A stretch of 64,000 nt of DNA from Octopus vulgaris (Eukaryota), in contig OX597814.1 of assembly GCA_951406725.2 (NCBI GenBank), forward strand, positions 159,960,001 through 160,024,000. Direction: 5' to 3'. Shown piece after piece: positions 26,678 through 40,306 of this stretch; the stretch's first letter is position 1, and each line of letters starts with the position of its first letter. Made by a program: the position numbers and the translations under genes. Under the pieces are notes generated by a model, which was not told the origin of the DNA, made no database searches, and saw only the letters and a list, made by a program, of their open reading frames with translations.

Positions 26678-26743
26678 TTATTGATTATTTTTTTATTATC
26701 CTAAACTATAAATTTTAGAAACTACAAATGTAGATTCTAATTC
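25752..26743. repeat. Near-identical ~495-bp tandem duplication
   Basis: 25752-26245 is repeated at 26246-26743; the second copy has an A-run at 26254-26268. Confidence 0.9.
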
Positions 26744-27059
26744 TTTATTGGTGCTGGAATATTTTGAATTTTACCTTTGTATCTTATCAGACTATACAAA
26801 GAGATTGTATAAAAATGCCTTCGAAAAAAAAAAATTATAGAAAAATAAAAAAACAGTTAAGTGAATAATTTAAATGTAATGTCTCTAGTTTGACAAGCAG
26901 TTTGATGCTCCATGATTATCAATTCTTTGTGCTGTTTCACATGAAATACCTGATTTTCATATTACTCTTTTATCTCTCATACTCATTCATTCTATCATTT
27001 TTGCTTGCTCTCTTTCACTCCTTACTCTCTCTCTATACTGTATCTATCATATATCTCTC

Positions 27060-27078
27060 TCTATATACACCATGTATA

Positions 27079-27112
<34 letters not shown>

Positions 27113-27435
27113 CATATATACAAATATACATATATATATATACATATATATATACATATATATATATATACATATATATACATATATATATATATATACA
27201 TATATATGTACACACATATATATATATATATATATGTATACATACATATATATATATATATATATATGTATATACATATATATATACATACATATATATA
27301 CGTACATATATATATATATACATACATATATATACGTACATATATATACAAATATACATATATATATATATATATATACATATATATACATATCATCATC
27401 ATCGTTTAGCGTCCGCTTAAACAATGATGATGATG

Positions 27436-27492
<57 letters not shown>

Positions 27493-27520
27493 TACACACA
27501 CATATATAGATATATATATT
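27060..27520. repeat. Compound (TA)n/(TACA)n/(CA)n microsatellite
   Basis: Directly visible. Confidence 0.95.
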
Positions 27521-30500
27521 TATTTATTGTGTGTGTGTCTATCTTCTGTTCTAATGTCTATTGTAGGTGATTGTCTTTCTGTCAGTAACTTTTCTTTAAA
27601 CATCTTTGTCAGAACTTTAGTCTGTTAAGTAGTATTTCTCAAAGTTAACTAAAAGTATTTTGAAATTAATAGACATTCTTCTTTAATAAGCCATTGAGAG
27701 GATAATTGCTATTTTCCTGCCAATGTGCTACATCCAGTGACCTTTAGTAGGACCTAAATTCACATATTAAATTAGATCTTAGAACATTTACCATGAAGTA
27801 TATGTTGATGATGATGGCAATATAACTACTAATTGTTCAATAAATAATGAATGATAAATTTGTGTGTGTGTGTGTGTGTGTGTGTGTATAAAATACTGTT
27901 TAAAATAATTGAAATTATGTTGTATTTTCTATATATGAGTGTGATAAACTGTTGGCATATTCCCTTTGTTTCTACTGCTGACAAAGCCAAAACATAAAAA
28001 AAAAACATTGGGTGTGCTAATAATGTTTCAAATTGGACTTGTGTAAATCTCTATCTAACCAGTGCCAGGTCAGTTCTGGGAGTCTTGTTCTTACAGCAAG
28101 CCGCCACCCAACTGAAGCCTTTTCCAAAAACAACATTTTCATTATATGTTAAAGATTTTATTTTTAATCTTTCAGTTTTTTCTTTCCTTCTTCCCACTTC
28201 TCAACACCTTCTCTCTGTTGTTCTTCCTCCATGCAACTCACTAAAATAAAGTTGATTAAAAAAAAAAAAAACCAACCATCTTTTTTTGTTTTTAGCTTCT
28301 GTTGTTACTATTTCCAACTGCTTTTCTTTCTTCCATCTATATAGTCATCAACTCTATTGGCCTTTCTTCCTTTTTCTTTTGTCTCTCCTATTTTTCTTGC
28401 ATCCTTTCACCAATCAATTTATTTTCTGATAAATCTATACTTTCTGAAACGATTTTTCTTTCGAAGAACATTACAGAACTATTTTTATGGCTTTTTCATC
28501 AGATGTTACTCTGATGGTCTTTGCTAGAAAAATGTTAACTTGTGAAACAATAACTCAGCTAGTAGAAATAGTATTTGCAGTAGTGAATTAACTGAAAAGA
28601 ACACTAGAAAAAAAAAGGTGGTTCATTCGTTATATCTTATAAGATAGTGAAGTTTGTTTTTGTTGTTAAATACAGAAATTATCTTTTTATTGTTCCATAC
28701 CAAGATTGTGCTTACTCCAAGGCGAAATGATAATAAAGCATACATTAACCATCTGGTACCATGATTAAAATCGTTTGTTGTTATTTTTTTATTCATTTTG
28801 TCTTTTACCATTGTTTTGTGTATCTGTATTTGATAACCAAAGTAGTTTTTGGTTATAACTGAAGAATACTTCATAAAATGATATTTTTAAATGCTAACGT
28901 ATGTGAGTGTGTGTTAGTGTCTCTTTGTGTTGATATCACGTGATAATTATGAGTCACTGTCGTACAAGCAGTGTCATTCATTTCCAAAATTCTGCATGAA
29001 CATGTCTGGCCATCAAGAAATAGCTTTCTTGGAAACAAGTAAGAGTTGGTGACAGGATGAACACCCTGCTGTACAAAATATGCCTCAATACACACCATCC
29101 AATCCATGCCAACATGGAAAAGTAGAAACTGAAATGATGATAATTTGAATTTTGTTCCACTTTTGTCTTTGCATTTTTATTTTAAATTTATTTCTAGTAT
29201 AGATTTTCACTTCCTTTTTCCATTATTTTAGAATTTTGTAGATCTTCCTATATTACATCTAAATTTTATGCAGTTTAAAATCCATTTCTCATTATCTGCG
29301 TCTCTAAATATTATCATTTCTGAAAAAAACAATATTTTTTTGTGTGGTCTTGTTTGCGTTTGTGAAGAATATGACCAAATGCTGCTTTTAATTTGAAAAA
29401 AAAATGGGGAACAGTACGCAATTGTTGAAAGATTATCAGTAAAGAAATCAATATATTCACAATAACAATGGCATGGCCATTGAGAAAGTTATCAGATGTC
29501 GTTTAGCTGTGGCCACCTAGTCGTATGAACTGGCATCTTTCTCAATGGTTATGCAGAAAACTCAGTTTTCTCGTTGGTCAGTGATACACATGAAGTGTTT
29601 TGTTATTTTACATGAATTATACTGTCTGATCTTTATTTTAGCTGTTATGAGGTAAATAAGTGTAGTGGACATGATTATCTGCTGAAATCTGGTTTTAGAC
29701 GACAGAACGGATCGTAGTCTATAACAAAACATGTTATAAAATTTTAGTTTTTATATAATATCCTGAATGATATATTAGGTATTTATTCTTTTTATATTTC
29801 CCTTTCGTTGCATAATACTTAGCACTATAAAGAAATCATTATTTTACTTATTGTATTAAAAGAAGAATGTTCAAACCAGCTTGCGTTATGATCGAGGCAC
29901 GTGGAGATGGGTAGTTATTCTGAAAAGTATAATTATATTACGTATCAATAAATATTGGAATTTTTGTCTAAAAAAGAAATGTTCGATGGAGAGTCACTCT
30001 TATACGAGTTAATTAGACGTTAGACTAACGGGTTGAGGTTTGCTAGGTCGTGTCCCACTAACACCACGACCACTATTTCGTACATGAATGAACATGACAC
30101 TTAAATCATTCCGGTTCAGTGAATCTAATTCTTAATAATTATCATCGATATGTACAGCTCACTGTATAAATTAAACAGTGTTTGCCTTAATAGATTGTAC
30201 TGATAGGGCAGACATATGATCAAAGGCGTTCCAGTTCCTTATTTTTTCTTTTTTGTTACTCGGTTTTTGGGTTCGCGATTTTAAAATCGTGGTTTCTATT
30301 CTTGAGCAGCGCGTTTTGTCATTGAGCAAGGCGCTTCATCTCTCGATGTCCCGGTTTCTTCAGCTAAAAATGAGTACTGGTCTATTGCTAGCGTAGCCGT
30401 CTCTCCCTCCAGCTGTAACGCTTTCAATGTTCTGCTGAGTCAAAAGAGGGGTGTCTATGTTTGCTCGCGACTGCGTCGGCGCCCAAAACAATTAGCGAAA

Positions 30501-31786
30501 GAGTGGTGCATGTTATCAAGTCATACTTGCAAATAACAGTTTTAATTTTTTTTTTAATTGTATGCACATCTATATATCGCAGTGCCTTACTTTTTTAATG
30601 TGGCAGGGAGATTTGGCTACAGTTTCTAGTGAGTTCAATGACCACAAAGAAGCCTCTTCATTGCTTGACCTATTAGTGTTCCGATAGCTTTCCGTTCTGA
30701 ATTTGTTTTGCTTTCTACAACGTTTCACTCAACTGTAATAGAATAGAAGACAGTTTAAATCCTACCTTGATAAATTAGACGCAGAAAGAGAGAACAAATC
30801 AATTCAAAATTTTTTTTAAAACACAGCAGAAGTCCAAGAGACATCCACAGTTAATATTAGATTGACGCTCAAAGAAGGAAAAATGTTATAGAGTAAAGGT
30901 TTAACGTTTCGGATATAGCCCTTCATCGGATACTACGGGAAAATTTGGAGAAAATGACAAGGAAGAGTGCAAATGAGATAAAAAAATGAGAAGAGATCCA
31001 AGAAGAAGCAGTTGTGAGATAGGTTCACTGCTAAATGCTTTTAACCATTGCTCTGATCGAGCAGAGCTTAATCTAGAGCTACTATTAAAAAAAATCTTAA
31101 ATTCTTAATAGTATTTAATGAGCAGCGTCGCTGGTTGTAGGTTTGCAGTGGGCCAATAAATTGTTTGTTGCAATTCCAATGGCGAGAGTGGGAGATGAAC
31201 GGCTGTCGAAAAATATCTCAAGGTAGTGTTCTGACATACGGTAAGGTTTCACATATCTATTATCGTACATCCCAAAACTTCAATTAACTGGTACTACCCA
31301 TGCAATCAGTATTAACCAGGTGGTGCCTTTACAGTTATATTTAATGCATTCTTGTACATTTTCAGAGGCAGAAATGTTGACTCTGTAGCTTAATATATAT
31401 ATTCTTTCATTATAGGGCAGCGAACAGGCAAAATCGTTGGCTTGCCGTACAAAATGCGCTGAGTGGAATTTCATCCGTCTTTATGTTCTGAGTATAAATT
31501 CCACCGAAGTCGACTTTACCTTCATCCTTTCGGGATCGAAAAAATAAGTATCAGTTGAGCATAGGGGTCGATGTAATCGATTATTTCCTCCCCCGAAATT
31601 ACTGGCCTTATGCCGAAATTTGAAATCAACATGTTCACTATCTGTAGCAAGCATGAACAACCTTTATTGAGAAGCGGGCCGCACGAGAAATGGCTCATCA
31701 TCAAAGAAACTCTTCGTTAGGCATGCCATGTCGAAAGTCTCGCGGGCCGCAGGTTACCTATGATTGATTTATAGTAACAAATATAT

Positions 31787-32197
31787 GTGATCTTTCTGTT
31801 CAACGAGAAAGGTCACGCAACTTGCTTGAAACACCAATAAATCTCTCTCAAATTACACTTAACAATCTTAAGAAAAAGAAGGCATTGTATAACGTAGGTT
31901 TTGGTGCACTATGTCTAAATAAAGGCGTAGTTGTCATGGTTGGGATGCCTTTTGGTCATATATCTGTTTAATCAGATCTGACCCGGGGCTAGTGATCTTT
32001 CGGTTCAACGAGGAAGGTCACATGACTTGCTAGAAACACCAACCAAATCTCTCTCAAATTACACTTAACTATCTTAAGAAAAAGAAGACATTGTATAACG
32101 TAGGCCTTGGTGCACTAAGCCTGAATAAAGACGTAGTTGTCATGGTTGGGATGCCTTTTGGTCATATATCTGTTTAATCAGATTTGACCCGGGGCTA
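31787..32197. repeat. ~205-bp tandem duplication of an old repeat
   Basis: gtgatctttc.gttcaacgag...gacccggggcta at 31787-31991 and 31992-32197. Confidence 0.85.
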
Positions 32198-33679
32198 AAC
32201 AACAACACGAACAACTTATGTAATTGGCTAATATTAATGAAAGTGGATAATAAAGTATATTTCTGTAATAGTCTAAAATGAACACAAAATGAAATAATAC
32301 AATATAAAATATAAAAAGAAACTCAAATCCATAAGGCTCTTTTTGTAAAATAACATACTGCAAAAGACCCATTGTCCAAACATTGTATAAATGAATAAAC
32401 TATGACGTTAAGAGGAAATGAAACGGTTGTACCTGACCAGTGTATTAACATTGCTTGTGAATTGGTTAACTTCGATTGGTCTTGATCAGTTTTTTTTTTC
32501 AGTTACCAATCCAGTATTCCTTCCTGGTTAAACAATAGGGCTCAACAACACTTCCGGTCTTTCCTGTAAGGGTCAAATTCAGTGTTGCATTATTGAAACG
32601 GTCATCTGGAGATTTGGCATCAGTGCTACCTTTGCGTCTGCCTAATAGTTTCGCCGGAAATCAGAATCACATCCCACTTCTCTTGTTAACCCTCACAGTG
32701 TGCTAGAGAGAGAGAGAGAGAGAGAGGGAGCAGAAGAAAAGATAAGCTTGTCTTCTATTTTAATTGCAACAAAAATATAGGAGTGCTGACCAGCGATGTT
32801 TGACCAGTCTCGGCCATTTCCAACTGTCAACGGTTGGACGAAGAAATGGTCAAACAACAAAAATGAACAGATAAATAGAATAAAAGTAAAAAAATATTAA
32901 AAGCGAAAGAGAATAAATGAAAAGCGAAAAGAAAAAAAATAAGAAAACGCGATTAGAACTGTGTTTAGGTCTTATTTTGGTGTGCGTGTGCGTGCGTGCT
33001 TGCGTGTGTGTGTGTGTGTGTGTGTGTTTTGCGCTATTGTTTCACACTGAGACGGCGAGCCTGAGACCCTGTTTCGATTCCCAGTTGTATCAATTTATTT
33101 CATTATAATAATCATTTCTATTATAGGCACAAGGCCTGAAATTTGGGGGAGGGGGATAGTCGATTACATCGACCCCAATATTCAACTGGTACTTAATTTA
33201 TCAATCCCGGAAGGATGAAAGGCAAAGTCAACCTCGGCGGAATTTGAACTCAGAAATATCGCTATGTATTTTTCCCGGCATGCTCACGATTCTGCCAGCT
33301 CGCTGCTTTTATTTTACTATAATAACGCTTTTGGGAAACAAATCAGTGGCACCCCAATATAGCGTCAGCAGTGATTACTTTTTACTAGTTTCGGTTATTG
33401 GACTGCGGTCATACTGGGACACCACTTTGAAAGTTCCCTCTCCTAAATTCCTTCACAAAGCATTGGTCAGCCTGAGGTTATAGTAGAAGATACTTGCCCA
33501 AGGAGCTGCGCAGTGGGATTGAAACTGGGACCACATGATTGCAAAGCGAGTTTTATAAGCACACAGCTATATCTGCACCTGTTTAAAGAAATCTCAAGAA
33601 ATAAAGCAAACAATCGTATTTTGTTATCTCTTCCTTGCGTTTTTGTAAGAAACTGATTTTAAAACAAAGATGTAACAGA

Positions 33680-33747
33680 AGCCCCCAGTGAGGATCGAAC
33701 TCACGACTCCTGGTTTGTTAAACCAGTATCCTAAACACTGAAAGGCC
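33680..33747 (-). pseudogene. tRNA pseudogene with a Thr-like body
   Basis: Minus strand GGCCTTTCAGTGTTTAGGATACTGGTTTAACAAACCAGGAGTCGTGAGTTCGATCCTCACTGGGGGCT: intact T-arm/B box, stem CTGGT/ACCAG as in eukaryotic tRNA-Thr, damaged D arm. Confidence 0.7.
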
Positions 33748-34319
33748 ACAACAATAAGATTTTAAAATACGGTTTGAGGAAACAAAGACGACGAGCCAAC
33801 GGAACGTTTTAATTTCGAATCGTGCCAAGTCCAACTTTGCTTTCATCTTTCAATGATCGATCAAATAGGTACCAGTAACGTAATGAGGTTGATTTAATCA
33901 TATCATATCACAGAATGTTTGGTTTTGTACAAATGCTAGGAATCAATATTATTGGCGGAATTGGTAAAGCGTCGGACAAAATGCTTTGTAGTATTTAGCT
34001 ACACATCCTCTTTGCGTTCTGAGTTCCAGTTTTGTGACTTTGCCTGTTTTTGTATCTATCCAGGGTCGATATAATTGACTGTTCGTTTCCCCCAAATTTG
34101 TGCTCTTACTTCCAAGTTTGTCCTTTTTAGCAACTTAAACCTTTGCAACAACAAAACTTCTAGAATATTTTGTATCATATATATTATTAACAATTTATTA
34201 CATCTACTCTAAATATTATATCTTATATGACTACGTAACAATTCAGCACATATTATCATTTACGTATTATTATCAATTTATCAAATATTATCACACGTAT
34301 CATAAATAATTTATTATGT

Positions 34320-34705
34320 GCAGGCACGGCTGTTATAAGAAGCTTGCTTCCCAACCACATGGTTCCAGATTCAGTCCCACTGCATGACACCTTAGGCAAG
34401 TGTCTTCTACTATAGCTGCGGACCGACCAAAGCCTTGTGCGTGAATTTAATAGACGGAAACTGAATGAAGCCTGTCGTATATATGTATGTATATGTTTAT
34501 TTGTATGTCTGTGTTTTCCCCCAACCCAACCGCCATCGCTTGACAACCGATGTTGGTGTGTTTACGTTCCCGTAATTTGGCAGTTCCATAAAAGAGACCA
34601 ATAGAATAAGTACCAGATTTACAAAGAATAAGCCCTGGGGTCGATTTATTCGATTAAAAAGTGGTACTCCAGCATGGCCGCGGTCAAATAACTGAAACAT
34701 GTAAA
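34320..34705 (+). mobile_element. SINE family A copy
   Basis: Full-length match to 47917-48340. Confidence 0.85.
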
Positions 34706-34719
34706 AAATGCTAGAATAC

Positions 34720-35412
34720 TATTGATAATCCATCATATTGTTACAAATCATAGAGAATTTATCACATTATAAATTATATATTACATATTATATTATTATC
34801 AATTTATCACAAACTATCGTGTATTTTTAACAATTTATCACATTCTTAATGTCATATATTAACCGTTTACTGCATATTATCAGCAATTTATCAGATATCA
34901 CATACTATCCCTTTGGAATCAATTTATCACATAAGAATCACATATCACGTTACCAATTATTTATCACATCACATCACATCAATATTTATCACATACATAT
35001 TCTCACTTACTAAAAGTTTATCACATATTTTCACTTATTATAGCGTATTAAGAATTTATTGTATATCACGTATTATTAACAATGTATATCAGAAGATGAT
35101 TAATTTATTATATTATCACATATAAATAATGTATCACATAATTTCATATATTAAAATAATACATAATATTTACAATTTATTATATGTTTCAGATAATATC
35201 ACGATTAATAATTTATCACGTTATTAACAATTAACTATGTTATCACATCTCATTAATAATTTATCATATATTACTAACGAATTACCAGATATCACATTCT
35301 TAATAATTTATCTATCACATTTTTGTAATATATTTCATATCACATTTTATATAATTTATCAAATTATCACTTAATCTATCAGATGTCATATATTAACAAT
35401 CTTTTATTATAT
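34720..35412. repeat. Degenerate AT-rich minisatellite (aatttatcacatattatt-like units)
   Basis: Many aatttatca(c) units; the same array is seen at 34170-34316, on the other side of the SINE. Confidence 0.8.
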
Positions 35413-35651
35413 ATTGGTTTCAAACTTTGGCACACGGCCAACAATTTCGGGGGAGGTGAAGAAGTCGATTTTATCAACCTCAGTGTTCAACCAGTACTTA
35501 TTTTATCGACCCCAAAAGAATGAAAAGCGGCATTTGGACTCAAAACAGAGTCGGAAGAAACGCCGCTAAGCATTTTGTCCGGCGCAATAACGGTTCTACC
35601 AGCGCGCTGCCTTAATCTGTTATTACTAAATATCATTAATAATTTATCAAA

Positions 35652-36146
35652 TCTTAATATATAAATTCCGTTCTGTCTGTCTGTTTGTGCGCTTATAACT
35701 CGAGTATTGTTCATCCGATTGCGCTGAAATTTTAAACATGGATACACGAGAGAGCGGGACGTTCCGTAATCTAAAAAAAATTTCCAAAATTGTAAGTTTT
35801 AAAGTGAGAATCGCTATGTTTGTAATCTTTTTGTCCTGTTTGTTCCGCCATTAAAAGCAATCAGTTGCTCAGATAGCCGGCACATACCTATTTCTTTACT
35901 ACCCACAAGGGGCTAAACACAGAAGGGACAAACAAGGACAGACAAACGGATTAAGTCGTTTATATCGACCCCAGTGCGTAACTGGTACTTATTTAATCGA
36001 CCCCGAAAGGATGAAAGTCAAAGTCTACCTCGGCGGAATTTGAACTCAGAGCGTAACAGCAGACGAAATACGGCTAAGCATTTCGCCCGGCGTGCTAACG
36101 TTTCTGCCAGCTCGCCGCCTTTAACCGGCACATACCATTTCGCTAG
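35652..36146 (+). mobile_element. Helitron-like element interrupted by a SINE
   Basis: 5' A|TCTTAATATATAAATTCCGTTCTGTCTG (shared with 56386 on -), 3' CTAG at 36143-36146. Confidence 0.55.
35889..36124 (-). mobile_element. Young SINE family B copy with 12-bp TSD
   Basis: ccggcacatacc at 35877-35888 and 36125-36136; tRNA-like head plus a central domain of family consensus gcctttcatcctttcggggtcgattaaataagtacc (resembles the MetaSINE core as recalled). Confidence 0.9.
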
Positions 36147-37199
36147 CAACAAAGGAAGTACAGGATGCCAGTCAGCCAGCCAAAATCGTCGCTATGCTGT
36201 CTCTCTTCTTTCCTCTCTCTATCTCTCTTATGATGTCCAATTCCACTTGAAGTTGTATATATATTGTATTAAGATTCGTTATCAATCAATTATCCTTATT
36301 GAGAAGAAACAGTCAAACGTAACAACCACATACAATCACCAAACATTTCCACTACTTAACACCGTCCAAGTTAACCCTCTTCGCCTTTATAGCTGACATG
36401 AAAAACCACGAGGAAAAGGCAACCATTTTAATTCAGCAAAAACAAAACAAAAAAAAAGAAAAAATTGATTGCTATTAAAACGCGTAAAATTTTGGGGTTA
36501 ATAATTTTAATCTTTATGGACCTTTTCAATCTGCCCGACAGATTTTTTAAATTAATTTTTTTAACTAAACACTTTGAAACTTCGGATACTGGTAGAATGT
36601 ATCACACAGGACAGGGTTTACTCTTAACTCTTTTGACAAAATTTTGTATTTTAGAAGTTATTTCGTGTTAAAGTTGGCGTATTTGGGTAATTTTAACTAA
36701 TCAATGACGTGTATTCAGCTGAAAAAAATTACTGCTGCTGTTTGTTAACTCCACCTTCTGGGTCCACTCCCCTAACAAAACCCTTCTTTAATAACCACAG
36801 ATGTTTTTATAGCAGCATAGGTTTGCTGTATCAGGGCTGATTTGAGGCTAAATAACAACAAAATTATTACTGAGACAAACCAACAACGGAGCCTGTATGT
36901 GGTTGCATGACCTGCTAGAAAAAATAGCCAAACTTTTTTTTATATACAGAATAGATAGATAGATACATAGATGTATGTATGTATGTTTTTTTTTTGTGTG
37001 TGTGTGATTATGTTTGTCCACCACCGCCTGATGCTGGTGAGTTTACATCCTTATAACTTAGTTGTTCGGTAAAAGTGAACGATAGAATAAGTACAAGGTT
37101 TCAAAAAACAAAAGTACTGGGGTCGATTCGTTCGACTAAAATTTCATTTCAGGGCGGTGTCCAGCATGGCCGAAGTCCAGTGACAGAAAGAACTAAAAT

Positions 37200-38209
37200 A
37201 CACACACACACATTCACACGCGCACGCACACACACACTCACACGCGCACGCCACACACACACACGCACGCACACACACGCACACACGCACGCATGCACAC
37301 ACACGCACACACACACGCACATACACACACCCACATACACACACGCACACATGCACCCGCGCACACACGCATACACACACACACACTCACACACGCACGC
37401 ATACACATACGCACACACACACACGCACATACACACACGCACATACACACACTCACACGCACACACACGCGCATATACACACTCGCTCACACAACATAAG
37501 CAAAGAGGATGCTTTAAAGAATAGTCGTTTTACATGTCTTATGATATCTACCATCGATGTAAAAACATCTTTGACCTTAAACAATAAGCCGGATTAGAAA
37601 CACTCAATCATTACACGTTTAAATTTAGCTGGGTGGTGGTGGTGGTGGTAGCGGTGGGGTTGTGGCGTGGAGAGTAACATGAAGGGGGAAGTGCGAGGTT
37701 TAGGGGGGGGAGTGTCAGGGGAGGGTGTGTGACCGTAACAGTTTTGTGCATGTTTTCTACTTTATGAAAATAATTCATTAAAAGACAATCAGAAATAGTA
37801 AAATAGACACGCCTCTCTCCTTCCTCTCTCTCCCTCTCTCCTTCCTCTCTCCTTCCTCTCTCCCTTTCTCCTTCCTCTCTCCCTCTCTCCTTCCTCTCTC
37901 CCTCTCTCCTTCCTCTCTCCCTCTCTCCTTCCTCTCTTTCTCTCTCTCTCTCCTTCTCTCCCCCCCCTCCCCACGGTGGCTGCGGTGGTTGTGTTAGAAG
38001 TTTGTTCCGACTTCCCTGCCGTTATATTAATATAGCAACAATGTCATTTGTAATAACCCGAAGGTAAGTGCTCGGCAACAGTCCAATCATCGACACGCCT
38101 CCTTCTCCTCCGCATCCACATCCATCGATAATTTCATCATCGTACTTAATGCAACCGTGTTGTTTCGGGCTTCACGTGTTATTACTGTATTACAGGAAAG
38201 CGTTGAAGG

Positions 38210-38276
<67 letters not shown>

Positions 38277-38832
38277 ATATATATTTGTTTTTCCCGTTTC
38301 TACGTCTTGTTGTGGCGTCCTGTACTTACGTATATTTATTTATATGTGCATGTATATATACATGTAGATGTAGGTACGTACATATATGTTTGTATGTATG
38401 CATATATTTTTATTTATCACATTATATATATATGTACATACATACACGCACACACGTACTCACGCGCACACATACACACACGCACGCACGCACACATACA
38501 CACACACAAACACGCACACACACATATATACGCATATACACACACAGATATATAAAGAGATAGATAGATAGATAAATAGATAGATTGATAGGTACACACC
38601 CAAATAAACATATACATTTATATGTGTGTGTATATATATATACATATATATATACACACACACGCACGTACATGCGCACGCACACACACGCACACATACT
38701 CATGCACACACACACACTCACACGCTCGGACACACACGCACGCACGCACACACACACACGCACACACATACAAACACGTGTGTGTGTGTATACATATATG
38801 TGTTTGTGCCTGTATGTATGTACATATATATG

Positions 38833-38890
<58 letters not shown>

Positions 38891-39020
38891 AGTATGTATG
38901 TATATAAAATGAAAAGAGTATGAGACAGGGAGAGAGAGAGAGAGGAGGAGGAGGAGGAGGAGGAGGAGAAGAAGAAGAAGAAGAAGAAGAAGAAGAAGAA
39001 GAAGAAGAAGAAGAAGAAGA
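37200..39020. repeat. Microsatellite field: (CA/CGCA)n, (CT/CCTT)n, (TA)n, (GATA)n, (GAG)n(GAA)n
   Basis: Directly visible; source of many spurious ORFs. Confidence 0.9.
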
Positions 39021-39328
39021 AAGCAAGGAAAAAACAAAAAGGGGACAATGAGAAAAAGAAGAGATGTTGAGAGCCAAGTGATAAGGATTAGACTCAAGGC
39101 TATTCTTCTTTAAAACCTCAGTGGTTTGCCATGTAGCCAGGAGGTAATAAACTAATTCCTTGGTTCGACATTAGAGAAGGGAGGAAATACTTTCTAATAA
39201 TTCCAAGTTGTTGTTTAGCCTTAAGTAAACCTTGATTGACCTCCCCTCTACAATCAAAGACATTCCGGCTGTGACCAACCATTCGTATTTTCAAACACTA
39301 GTCCTATAATATATTATTTCAAATGGTC

Positions 39329-39402
<74 letters not shown>

Positions 39403-39405
<3 letters not shown>

Positions 39406-40304
39406 TAATTTTATTTTTATATCGTGCTTTCACTTCACTACCGAGCGCAGCTCTGTGTGCCTTGGGTATGTGCTGTGGTTTGTTGTGATGCTCTTACGGT
39501 TACTGTATTGAGAGTGTTTTGCGTAGGATGTGTACAGTGCCCAGTAGTGCAATTTTCTGTATGTTATATATATATTTGTAAGTCCTGGTGTTTTTGTTAT
39601 GTATTTGTCTAAATATTTTTTTATCATACCTAATGCGCCTACTATTGATAGGAACTGTTTCTGTTTATTAGATTCCACATTCTAGTTACCTCTATTTCCA
39701 GGTCTTTGTATTTTGAAAGTTTCTCCATTTCTTTTAGAGAAACGTTGTCATCTGTTGGTATTGATACATCAATTAGAAAGCTTTTTTTTTTCTTCATGAT
39801 CTCTGACAACTATATCTGGCCTATTGGTCTTAATTACTCTATCTGTGTGCATAGGCATATCCCAAAGTATGGTCGCTTTCTCGTTTTCTGTGACCTTTTC
39901 TGGCGTGTGCCTATACCATCTTTTTTCTGTTGTTATTCCATAATGTTGGCATAGCTTCCAGTGTATGTAGGTCCCAACTGTGTCGTGTTTGTGAGTATAT
40001 TCCTTCTTAGCCAGGACTGGGCAGCCAGAGATAATATGATTTAATGTTTCTTGTCCACCTCCACATATTTTGCAGTTACTTGTTATGTTTCTTTTCATTA
40101 TAATGTTTTTGGTAATTTCTGGTGGGGAGGCTTTGGTCTTGTACTGCAATTAAAAATCCCTCCGTCTCTGCTTTGAGTCCTGAGCTTCTCAACCACAGCT
40201 AAGATTTTTCTCTGTCTATTTCTTTTGCATTTAGTTTAGTCCAGTATTTGCCATGAATGGGGCTTTTCTTGCCATCGTTTTATCATGGTCCGTTGCTGTT
40301 CTAG

Positions 40305-40306
<2 letters not shown>
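39403..40306 (-). mobile_element. 5'-truncated R4/Dong-clade non-LTR retrotransposon (CCHC plus restriction-like endonuclease), frameshifted
   Basis: WQEKP-HG, CKICGGGQETLNHIISGC (CCHC), KHDTV, NRPDIVV...LIDVSIP...EKLSKYKDL...IVGALG; flanked by (TAA)n at 39329-39402 and 40307-40377. Confidence 0.9.

Noticed and set aside
26890-27628. Long Y/I/H/T-rich ORFs (likewise at 37-39, 46-48 and 56-62 kb)
   Set aside because: Microsatellite translations.
32520-32720. Promoter-like patch with ACTTCCGG and a GA repeat
   Set aside because: A single short motif with no linked exon; insufficient evidence.
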